From the NCBI GenBank assembly GCA_002269645.1, contig NIVC01003078.1, positions 36,854-100,853 on the forward strand: a stretch of 64,000 nucleotides of DNA, in the 5' to 3' direction. The DNA comes from Macrostomum lignano. Lineage: Eukaryota. Below the pieces are notes generated by a model. That model did no database searches, had not been told where the DNA came from, and worked only from the letters and a program-made list of their open reading frames with translations. Shown here in pieces: positions 8,908 to 19,415 of this stretch. Position 1 is the stretch's first letter. The number at the start of each line of letters is the position of its first letter. A program made the translations under genes and the position numbers.

Positions 8908-11900
8908 TCACTCTAAGCAGTCCGCTGTCCTTTTCGGACTACCCCTGATTAACAGCTGAAAGTGGCCGAACGGAAGACTTGAGTTCGAGCCAGTCCACGC
9001 TCGCTTGTCCTCCCAGATACTGAGAGCGAGCTTACGTTGCTCAATGGTGAAAACGCGATGTTTCTCACTTCCAATTCGACGAACAGTGAGCGACAGCTTT
9101 GAAGCCCCCTTGAAAATCTTGACATAGTCGTCGTGGGAGACTTCATTCTTCAGCACGCTTCGCTGGATGCCTTTTGCTTTTGCTTTGCATGCCGCCGAGC
9201 TTTCAGCGAGGAAAGAATAGAGCTTGGGCCTTAGCAGCACCCACTCAATCTGTTGCAGTCCACCAGCTTCATCTTTAATGCAGCCTAGCTTGGCCTTTAG
9301 CCGATTCGAGAAGAGAGGATGATTAGTGAAAAAATTGGAGGTGTCCAAGAGGCCTTCGGCATGCAGGATTGGCAGCACTTCTCTCTGCAAACTAAGGTTC
9401 TCTAAGCTCAAAAACAACGAGTCTGTATCGCCACCGCAAACTCGAACTCTTGCTCCATCACGGAATTCTAGCATGGGTTTTATTTTGTCATAGTAAAGTC
9501 GATACATGATGATCTTGGAGCGATCTAGAACACACTGCCCCATGAAGATTGGGCGATCAAGAGTTACTTCGTGCTTTTGAAGCTCAAAGATGCTGAGTGA
9601 CGGTGTAATGATTGTGAATGATGCGACATTTGGTTGAGAGAAACAGTCTTGGCTTTTTTCTTGTCAGTACACACTCTGATGTCCCGCCGCTTGCGCACGT
9701 TCTCCATTGTTTTGCCAAACAGGAGTTATTTTTCAGTTTATAGAAATCCTTCTCGAAATCATTTTTCGCCATAGAGCGCTTCTCGCTATTCATCTTAATG
9801 TAGTCCGCGAAGACAGGTTCTTGCCTGAATTCGATCATCCTGTGGAGCCCATGCAACTTCATTCCGTGCGATAGATAGAATCGGAGAGCAGACGAGTGCA
9901 GTACATAGGAAAACTTGTTGTGGCATGTGAGCATTAATTTTTGTACTCCACGGTAGCGCGCAACGGTAGGATTCTCAGTCGTGTTCGCGTCGGGCTGCTG
10001 CTGCTGATGATGATGAGAATGATCATTGTCATGTTGAAGCAGTACCCATAATTCTCGCATGTACTGCGGAAATTCTTCGAAATTCGGACACCTTTTCTCT
10101 GGGGCGAATGGAAGATCCTCCGTTGCCGTGTGGATTTCGGCTGGGTAGAGCAAATCCGCTTCGACAAGGTAGCCGATTGGAGCGTCATCATCCAGGGAAA
10201 GAAAGCGGCACTCGGACCAGGAGCACAGCTCCTCTTGACTGAGCCAGCGAAAGCCGCCAACAGGTAGGGGCATTGTGAGCGCATGACCATAAAGGTTATT
10301 AGCATCAACAGCCAGTAAACTCCTACCTGCTGGTTCATTATCATCATCACTACTTTCGCTCTGGACATGATGTACATTGACAAAAGACATTCCACCCCGA
10401 ATTCCTTTCTCAAACATTTTATACATCTCGAGGTCAGTTAGCAGTTCGATCTTGACTTGAGAAGACTTTAGTGCAGAAGCGAATGATAAGCCTGGAGTTG
10501 ACACAAAATGCACCGGATCTAGCTTGTCTTCCTGCAAACTCAGCCTTCGAAACCCTTCAAAGATATCTGCTAGTTGCCTGATGTCCAGCTCCAAGTAGCA
10601 GAGATGTAATCGCGCAATGTTGTAGATTCGAATTCAGTCCAGGCCTTCTGCGCATGCCGATACTCCGCCTCGGTACAGTGGCTGTTGGTGAGTCGGTTAA
10701 AAAAGCTTTCTACTTTTGGTAGTTGGCGATCATCAAGCACATTTAAATTCGAGAGATAATCATACGGGAAAACTCCCTTACTAAACAGTACATCGCTTGA
10801 GAGATTTGGATACTTTGATCGCATCGCATTAGTGATGGGACAGTTGTCCTCCGGCAAGTTCTTAATAAGTTGAGAGAGACTGCTGTGTAGGAATTGCAGT
10901 GAGTCGATGAATTGTAGCGTGAAAAACAGGGGCTTTTTTACGCCATCTTTCTCATACTCATCAATCTGGAACTCGACCCTCATGGAGAGGTACGACTCAG
11001 CAGTTTGGGGGATGACGCTCACCCTCCAACCAGTCATGTCACCCAGCGCAGTTGAGAAAATCAAATGCAGGTCATATCCGCGAAGATTGTGGAAAACTAT
11101 TGGCAAAAATCGCCGTTTCAGCCGAGCAAGCTTGTTACACGAAGCGCAGGCAGCACCCTTGTATTCACCGCTGAGGTGGTCGTGATCCCAGTGCTTGTCA
11201 GAAGATGAAATGAACACTGCATTGCATAAATAGCACTGTGTGGCATCTTGAAAGCTGCGCCTGTTGTCATCACTGTTTCTGTCAGCAATCTGATGACTAA
11301 ACTCGGTATTCCAACCATAAACTTCACGAGCAAGACGTTCGAGTGAGGCCAAAAACTGTTTCACGACAGAATTCGGATTGGGTCCGCTGCAGAGGAAAAC
11401 ATCCTCACTCGGCCTCAGAATTTTGCTGCTCATACCCTCTCTTGGAATAACAATGTAGCCAGCAGCTACAGGTACATGCTCAGTTAACTTGGTGACAGTA
11501 ACTTCTCTTTCAGGCTTCACTGGTTCACGTGGGGTGTTCAGAGCTTCAAAATCTGCGTAGACAACAAATGGGGGACTGATTGTCTTTTCCCAAGCCATGA
11601 ACTGCATTGTGTTGCTACTTGCATCAGGCATGCGCTCCATGATGGCTGGTTTCAGTTGAGGATTGCAGCTGTCTCGATGCTGCTCCAACTCTTCCTGGAA
11701 TCGAAACGGAGAAATGCACTTCTCACACCATTTGCGATTCCTCAGACCTTTTTTGCTGTTCAGGAGCCGGTCCAGGTTCGAAACTGCACACCAGTGTCCA
11801 GTCCCACAATTCTCATCACCACCATCATCATCATCAGCATCATCGGAGCTGGAGTTGCGAAGCAAGAGTAGAGGAATAACCTTGCGAGAGGCACAAATCC

Positions 11901-12764
11901 CAGGAAGAGGCTGGCGAATGACATAGGCCTCATCATCTTCCCAGCTAAAAACTGTGAAACAGATTTCGGAATTATTTTCCTCTATAACGTCTAAATCGGA
12001 AATTGCGACTGGTAGTGCGATGCACTACCAGTTACAGCAGATTATCGATCTGCTGTAACTGGATAGTGCACGATAGTGTTACTCGATTACAGCAGATTAT
12101 CGATCTGCTGTAATCGATCAACTTACAGCAGATCGATTTCATCCAACCATCTGCTGTAAGTTGTTAGTCGATGGCAGGACTTCATCACACCTGGATCTCT
12201 GATGTGCAGGTAAGCGAGACAGGCAAACAGAAAGCAATTGTTTCCATCGCTCGGTGGGTTGATTATGGCCTTCTTAACGGCCAGCTGATTGGGCAAAGAA
12301 AAATTCGCGCATCGTCCACGATAGTAGCGAATGCGATCAGTGAGGGCAGAGCACAGATCAAAATAGTTGATTTGCTCAACTATCCAACCGCTCCCATTTG
12401 AATTGTAGGCATCAATCTTGCGTTCCAGCTCAGAAAACTGCTGCAACCACCACAATTCAAAATCTCTTAGATCAGAGAGAAGCTCAAGACCGCATGCGAT
12501 CCACTTATCTTCTGCATTGATTACCGCAGCTTCCTTGATTCTCACCATTCTGATGTTGAACTTGAGCTGCGCTCGAATAGAATTATTCTCGGATGAATCG
12601 AATCTCATCTCAACAGCCTGTAGCACTGCAAACTTCGTTGATGATAAAAAATGAAATGGCTCGAGATCTCTTGATGCTGGAGTGAAGCGTCTGACCTGCA
12701 GCGTGTCATCATGCGCACTAGCGTGAATAGCCGAGCTGAATTGAATGCCTGCATGAATTAGCAT
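8908..12764 (-). pseudogene. polB: Protein-primed family B DNA polymerase (with endonuclease VII-like insert), interrupted by a 101-bp insertion (12024-12124) and -1 frameshifts at ~10603, ~9718 and ~9642
   Basis: ExoI VVYADFE, HWDHDHLSGEYKGAACASCN (endo VII), FHNLRGYD, FIDSLQF, KGVFPYDY, IRGG, motif A DANNLYG, motif B KLKNNSC(FG)K, motif C GDTDS, LRPKLYS, KAKGI. The four fragments join into one frame after repair. Confidence 0.93.
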
Positions 12765-12839
12765 GTTGTTGGGTGTACGCGTTTCACTCGGCAGTTAAAA
12801 TTTATAAATCATAATCCTAATTCCACCTCATTATGGTGC

Positions 12840-13797
12840 GGGAATCGGTTAATCAGGAATCAGTGAATCAGGAATCAGTGAATCGGGAATCGGCGAATCA
12901 GGAATCGGTGAATCAGGAATCGGCGAATCGGGAATCGGTGAATCGGGAATCGGCGAATCGGGAATCGGTGAATCGGGAATCGGCGAATCGGGAATCGGTG
13001 AATCGGGAATCGGCGAATCGGGAATCGGTGAATCGGGAATCGGCGAATCGGGAATCGGTGAATCGGGAATCGGCGAATCGGGAATCGGTGAATCGGGAAT
13101 CGGCGAATCAGGAATCGGTGAATCGGTAATCAGTGAATCAGGAATCGGGAATCAGTGAATCGGGAATCGGTGAATCGGGAATCGGTGAATCGGGAATCGG
13201 TGAATCGGGAATCGGCGAATCAGGAATCGGTGAATCGGTAATCAGTGAATCAGGAATCGGGAATCGGTGAATCAGGAATCGGTGAATCAGGAATCGGCGA
13301 ATCGGGAATCGGTGAATCGGGAATCGGCGAATCGGGAATCGGTGAATCGGGAATCGGCGAATCGGGAATCGGTGAATCGGGAATCGGCGAATCGGGAATC
13401 AGTGAATCGGGAATCGGCGAATCGGGAATCGGTGAATCGGGAATCGGCGAATCGGGAATCGGTGAATCGGGAATCGGCGAATCGGGAATCGGTGAATCGG
13501 GAATCGGCGAATCAGGAATCGGTGAATCGGTAATCAGTGAATCAGGAATCGGGAATCAGTGAATCGGGAATCGGGAATCGGGAATCGGTGAATCGGCGAA
13601 TCGGGAATCGGTGAATCGGGAATCGGTGAATCGGTGAATCGAGAATCAGTGAATCGGTGAATCGAGAATCAGTGAATCGGTGAATCGGCGAATCGGGAAT
13701 CGGTGAATCGGCGATTCGGGAATCGGTGAATCGGGAATCAGTGAATCGGTGAATCGGTGAATCGGGAATCGGTGAATCGGCGAATCGGGAATCGGGT
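12840..13797. repeat. Tandem array of GAATC-based 15-bp units (GGGAATCGGTGAATC / GGGAATCGGCGAATC; 30-bp dimer) inside the Polinton
   Basis: Directly visible; produces the spurious RESVN/ESGIG ORFs. Confidence 0.97.
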
Positions 13798-14502
13798 TTC
13801 GTGACTACTTTTGCTTGTATTTATAGAGGGAAGAGTCTACTTTACTGGCTTTACTAATCACATTGGATTGACTCACTGGTTGGTTCGATTTCGATAGCAA
13901 AATTGGTAGACTCAAGCGGCCGATCACTTGCTGATGATGATGATGAAGTGTCTCTCGAAGAAGCCATCTCGGTTCGGTTGATGACACGGCTTAGAGCATT
14001 TTCGATGAGAATTAGAGGAGGAAATTTGCTGAAATACATATTTGTGAAATTATTTTTTCTTGCAAAAGTAAATTCAAATCCCTAATTTGTGGATATACGC
14101 TCGTATTAAGTGTACATATTTTCGAAAGTTGTACTTCGGGTCTTGTCGTTACGTGCCAAATTTCGGGGTCTCATAAAGGGTTTAATAAAAGGGTCTTATG
14201 AAACGAATTCTAAAAATTCAAAATAACTCAAAGCTGAAAACTTTTCCAAAATTCTGCGCTTCATTGCGCTTTAAAACTTATATTTTAAAAATGCAATGAT
14301 ACGCTACATTATTAGAAGCACAAGTTAAAGAAGGAGATTACAAACCCAACCAGAATCAAACCCAATCTGCATTCACACCCAAGCACAGCTTGCAATTGAT
14401 CAACGCGCACTGCCTGACGGATAATCATGCATCTCGCAATTTAATTCAACACAAAATGTTGCTAAATTAATATTTAACGACTGGTACATTAGAATTATTA
14501 GT

Positions 14503-15414
14503 TTAGAATTGAGAATTGCTCAGGCGAATACGGAAAGCCCCTCCCAAGTCAATCCAATATTCACCCGTAACACTGTTGGGCAGAACCAGCTGGATGCAGA
14601 GAGGTGCTGGCTGCTGCACTTCATTAGCGGCCGCAGGCTGAACCTCAGTCGGTGGCGGCGGTGGTGGAGGCGCAGGGCCTGAGTCCATATCGCGAATCAG
14701 GTCGGACAGGCTGACTTCGACCGCAGGCTGAACCTCAGTCGGTGGCGGCGGTGGTGGAGGCGCAGGGCCTGAGTCCATATCGCGAATCACGTCGGACAGG
14801 CTGACTTCTGCCACCATCCTGGCACGCTCCATATTTTTTCCGGGAACAGGGATTGCACGCCGCTGCTGCTGCTGTTGCATTTCTTGCTGCTCCTGTGCTT
14901 CAGGCTCACCATCGAGGTTCTCGAAGAAAGCGGTGTCCAGCTCATTCAGCTCGAAGTCAGGGGTGCCACCTCCATCAGCAGCATCAAGCAGGGGAGCTCC
15001 CACATCACCGTCGAGTAGAGCAGCAGAAGCAGCAGCAGGCTGGGCGTTGGGCTGGTCACCAGTGTTCGTTGATCGGCCGCATAAGCTCGTGATAACTTGA
15101 CTCAAAGTGCTCACCGGCTCTCGAATGCGTTCTGCCGCCCTGTTGCGTTCCTCTTGACGTGCAACTTCCAGAGCAGTAATGCGTGCCTGCTCGCGGTCCT
15201 CAGCAGAGCTCCAGTTAACAGTCGAATGATTTTTATGCCTTTTGATTTGGCCTCTAACGGTGAAGAGCTCAACGGACTGGCATTCATGGCATAGTAGCCA
15301 TCGGGTGACACTGCAGCCTTCATTCGCTACATGGTGCTTTAGTCCACCGAGCATACTAATATTGCAGGTGACACACACCTCATGAACGTAGGATGGGCAC
15401 CGAGAATGGCTCAT
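14503..15414 (-). CDS. Polinton accessory protein: N-terminal Cys/His putative Zn-binding region, then acidic, Gln-rich and duplicated Pro-rich segments
   Basis: Uninterrupted 303-aa GC-rich ORF in AT-rich flanks; CVTC...HH...CHEC...HKNH; DFELNELDTAFFENL; 90-bp tandem duplication at 14631-14808. Confidence 0.65.
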   Translation of the reverse strand: MSHSRCPSYVHEVCVTCNISMLGGLKHHVANEGCSVTRWLLCHECQSVELFTVRGQIKRHKNHSTVNWSSAEDREQARITALEVARQEERNRAAERIREPVSTLSQVITSLCGRSTNTGDQPNAQPAAASAALLDGDVGAPLLDAADGGGTPDFELNELDTAFFENLDGEPEAQEQQEMQQQQQRRAIPVPGKNMERARMVAEVSLSDVIRDMDSGPAPPPPPPPTEVQPAVEVSLSDLIRDMDSGPAPPPPPPPTEVQPAAANEVQQPAPLCIQLVLPNSVTGEYWIDLGGAFRIRLSNSQF

Positions 15415-16378
15415 GGTTTAAAATTTAATCAAGGGTTTTTTGTGAAAATTTGAAATTTCGAAGTCCGTTTAAATATCAACAAAATCTATTTTTAATGGCT
15501 CAGTAGAAGTTTTCAGTCCTTATATTCAAATCACCAGGCAATATCGCCTATATACACACACAGATATGTTTACACGTTACATATGTGTATGCACTAATTA
15601 TTTTCTTACCGTTATTGAACGATAATAATAATAAAACTGATAACATTCCCCCCGTCGCGTGCATCAGATAGTTCTAAAGACCTCCACCCCAGACCTGCAC
15701 CCCACTTCCCCGCGGCCAAATCAGCAGTATCAAGAAAAACAATAACAAGGCAATAAACGGCTCTTTGCAAGCTCACTTTCACAACAAATTCAGTCCAATT
15801 TGCGAGACTCGTACAAAAGTGCGGAGGAACTCATGAACATAGGCCTATGTATTCCCACTGCCAACAAAGTTTAAATATTGTGGAGATCGGAAGCCAGGTT
15901 CACCCAATTCTCAATTAATTATGGCTAATGTACACTAGAGAAGTTTTTTACTATTTTTAGAGAATCAGTTTTGGGCTTCCCAGGAACTTATGCTGCTTTC
16001 CCCGCGGCAGAGTCCACCAATCCATTTACATAGAGCTCTATTCGGCTTTTCATTGAAGATCGAGTAGGAAAATGAAAAGCGTCGAATTTTTCTATTCTAT
16101 TTTTGTCTACTTCTTAAAGGATAAAAACATGTCTATCTAAAATCTAGAAACTAGTATTCTTTTTGAAATGTTTGAAATGTTATTTCAAATTCGTCCTTTC
16201 GTTTCTATAGAAATACGACAAAGAATCGAGAAAATTTCTCGAACCGAATTCCAGAATCGGATCACGGTTCTGGAACCGAATATGAAGACGGAACAGACAA
16301 TATGAAAAGCTTCGAACCGATTCTGGTTCTGGAATCGGTAATATGAAAAGCCCGTATATTTCGCTCTCCGACCCCCCC

Positions 16379-16513
16379 CCCCATGGAAATTCCGTGGCTT
16401 TCCCTGCGGCAGAGTCCACCAATGCATTTACATAGGCGCTATGTTTACACACTACAGGCCCGTGGTTTTCCCACGGAAATTCCTGCGGCAGAGTCCACAT
16501 TTCCCCTACTACT
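16379..16513 (-). repeat. Right terminal inverted repeat (~135 bp)
   Basis: Matches 1-114 and ends in TACTACT; contains two copies of CCTGCGGCAGAGTCCAC (16403-16419, 16482-16498). Confidence 0.93.
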
Positions 16514-17845
16514 AACTGTAGTTAGATCTGGTCCAGGCTCCATTCCGATGGAAAACCCAAGGGACGTACATACGCTCGTAATTGTCTATAGGGCTCCAAG
16601 TTTAGATTTTTTCATGGAGTTAAGATAGATGTATCATCGACAATCTTAAGAAAATTTGCTAAGTTGCTTGCTAAAATTCGCTCTGCTCCGGAAGCATTTG
16701 CTTAAACCTTGTAAATCAACTAATGACAAAGCACATAATTACGTCCTTTTGGAGGTCCAGAAGGTGAGATTTTGACAGTTTAGTGCAATTGAAGGTGATT
16801 TATTTACGGTTCGTGAGGATGAGGTTAAAACTGTAGCCTACGCTTTGTGATTCAGTTTTTGCTTGATCAGCAAAGCTATAGAGAAATTGTCAACAGGGAG
16901 TCGCCTGGTGTCACCCGTTGAAGAGTGCCGACGGCATCGGGGTGATGATGAATGCTTGAATTGACAGCAGACTTTTTAAGCATACATAGCAGTTGGCGCT
17001 TGCCCATTGTCGAAGCTTGATCCGATACATCTGCTAGATAACTTCGCAATAGGGTGTCCATATAGTCACCTCGAAAGAAATTTTCTGGGGGGGGATTCCC
17101 GGTATTTCTACTGTTACAAAGGTAATGGTCGATTTCTTCCGAAATAGTGTTCTATATCGAAGTAATAAATTATCCCAATAACAATTGTTTCGTGTCAGAA
17201 AATGTGACTCAACTTTTTAAAAATCTATCGTAAGCTAAAATGGTTATGCTCTTTTTAAAAGCACCATCTTCCATATAAAAAAACTTATTTCTGAGTTCTT
17301 TTAGAACGATAAAGACTTCTAACATTCACAAAAACATTTTGCTGGTCTCAAACTACGACTAATTATTGGAACAAATAAATAAACGACATGCGATTATTGT
17401 ATTTAGTGGAGAGCAGCAGTTTCAGTTTCCAACCACAGACGAGTCTCGGTAAAGTTTAGCGCCTTATTTCTTTGGAAAAATATCTTTGGTTTGTTTTATT
17501 TGCAACAGCTAACTGGGCTGTCACGAATTTAAATAAAAAATAAGATTTCTCACAACACCGGTCTTTTTGTCTTGTATACCATACCCTCTGATCGCGATTC
17601 TTACGAAGTCACAAAACCCAACAATTGAAATTCGTGCCATAGAACTGGAAAGTCTAAAAAAACTCTATTCGAATATATTTTTGTTAAAACTGTGTCGAAA
17701 TTGCGTGTTTTAATTAATTGCAGGAAAACGCCGTTCAATATAACAGTTCTTGAATTGGTGCTTTCTTGAAATTCCAATGGTTCTATAATGTCTTACAATA
17801 CATGGAGTACAATTACAATTTATCTCTCTTAATCTTGTTCCACAG

Positions 17846-17993
17846 ACCTATCGGTGGCGGTGTCAACAGGCAGAAGGTGTACAAATTTCCCAAGAAGTCA
17901 GCAGAGTCTGCAACTGCGCCGGTAGTCGAAGAGGCCGCCGGGGCCAATTCACAAGGAGCCGATGCTGTTGGCAGCCAGCCAAGCCAAGGCTAA
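17846..17993 (+). CDS. Probable terminal coding exon of an unidentified host gene
   Basis: Acceptor ttgttccacag|, GC-rich frame PIGGGVNRQKVYKFPKK...SQG-TAA, and AATAAA at 18112-18117. Confidence 0.5.
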
Positions 17994-19051
17994 TTACCTG
18001 ACTGACACGCAGGGTTTAAACGTTCCGCTTTGTTTGTGTTTAATTTTTACTGTGTAAAGCATCAAACTACGTACCGTAATCATGGACAACTAAAGTAGAT
18101 CAGGACAATCTAATAAAGTGGGTATGTTTTCACTGCAAAATTCATTCGCGCGAAGTAAGTTTACAGATTTTTTTGAATCTATAGCTATTACCATAAAATC
18201 AAGAAAAAAAATCTGTTACTAATTCAGTTTCAATTGGAACTTTAGTCGATGTAATCTCTGTTCAACTGGTAGCATTTATAGAATTAAAGAAATAGTTTAA
18301 CTTGTGGTTCGTAAAGTTTAAATTCGGAAATTATATAGCCTAGATAATGGTGCCCTATGTTACAGCTTACGTGTACATGCGATGATGTACAACTGACGGA
18401 CGATTACCTGCACGAACCACCTGATTTATATGCCACTATAACTTTTCTTATTGATTTCTTGCCTTATTAATCCTCTAATACTAAAAATCTAACTTACTAA
18501 TCTTTTTTAAAACACTCACTGCTTTGTCATTTAATAAAAAATATACGATCATGCACTTAACTATAATTTTTATATTAACTGTTAGACCGCAAATCGTCCA
18601 CTTGAGAATTGCGGCCTGTTCCATGGTATCTAATTTAATATTGAAGTCAAGAAAGCTAGATTAAAATTATCTTCACAGAGTTTTTTTAACTGCCCTTTTA
18701 GGATATACGAGCTATTCTCCACAAATGGACATGTGCATGTAATTAACAGCGCGATTTCATCATTGCAATGATGATACAAGACTCCGATTGCATCACATAA
18801 ATTCTATCTACTTGAGTACATGTACCATAAATGATGTGCCGTCTACACACTATATGGTACATGTAATTGATTATCTGAAGATCTGATTTTTTATTTTTTT
18901 ATTTTAATGAACTCTCAGCAGATCAACACAGGAAAAGAGTTAAAACGAATATAGCCTATGTGCAGTTTGTTTTTTATTGTTTTAATCATTAAATAATAAA
19001 TTTGCATTATGCACAGAAAATATTATGTGTACATTCATACATGTTATATAC

Positions 19052-19415
19052 GGGGGCCGTAGCCCAGCGGTAGCGCAGCTGCTCTGGTGTGCCTGCGACC
19101 CAGGCTCGATTCCAAGGGCAGTCACATTAATTTGGGGCTGAATTGGAATCTCGGCTTGGCTCTGCTCGTGCAATTAACGGCCTTGAGAGCCAATCCCCCA
19201 AGGCGCAGTGAAGTGTACATGCCTAACGATAAAATAAAGTTAGGGCCGCTGTACACTCCTGTGTGAGTGTGTGCCTGCGTACGTATCCGCGCGCTTGTGT
19301 GCCTGCTCAGGGGAGTCGGCGAACGGGCAGTAATGCCTCTCGCCGGTTGTGTGCCTATGTCGCTTAAAGTGCGCCAGGGTGCACATACAAGCCCCTGCCT
19401 CTAATAAAAAAATAA
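19052..19415 (+). mobile_element. tRNA-derived SINE with 15-bp TSD
   Basis: A box TAGCCCAGCGG (19060-19070), B box GGCTCGATTCC (19103-19113), A-rich tail, flanked by ATACATGTTATATAC at 19037-19051 and 19416-19430. Confidence 0.85.

Larger units (their letters stand above)
1..16513. mobile_element. Polinton/Maverick (adintovirus-like) element, near complete; left terminus ~20 bp upstream of the window
   Basis: 1-114 is the reverse complement of 16379-16493 apart from a few indels/substitutions. The right end reads ...CCCCTACTACT (5'-AGTAGTAGGGG on the - strand), the canonical Polinton AGTAGT terminus. Hallmark genes are present: pPolB, integrase, major and minor capsid, ATPase, protease. Confidence 0.96.

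Noticed and set aside
400-12654. Antisense and overlapping ORFs within Polinton genes (e.g. 400-813-, 2498-2908-, 9934-10413-, 11656-11926+)
   Set aside because: Shadow or alternative frames of well-supported genes, with no motifs of their own.
16876-17061. 61-aa - strand ORF in a slightly GC-rich patch
   Set aside because: No recognisable homology or splice context; it could be an exon but is unsupported.
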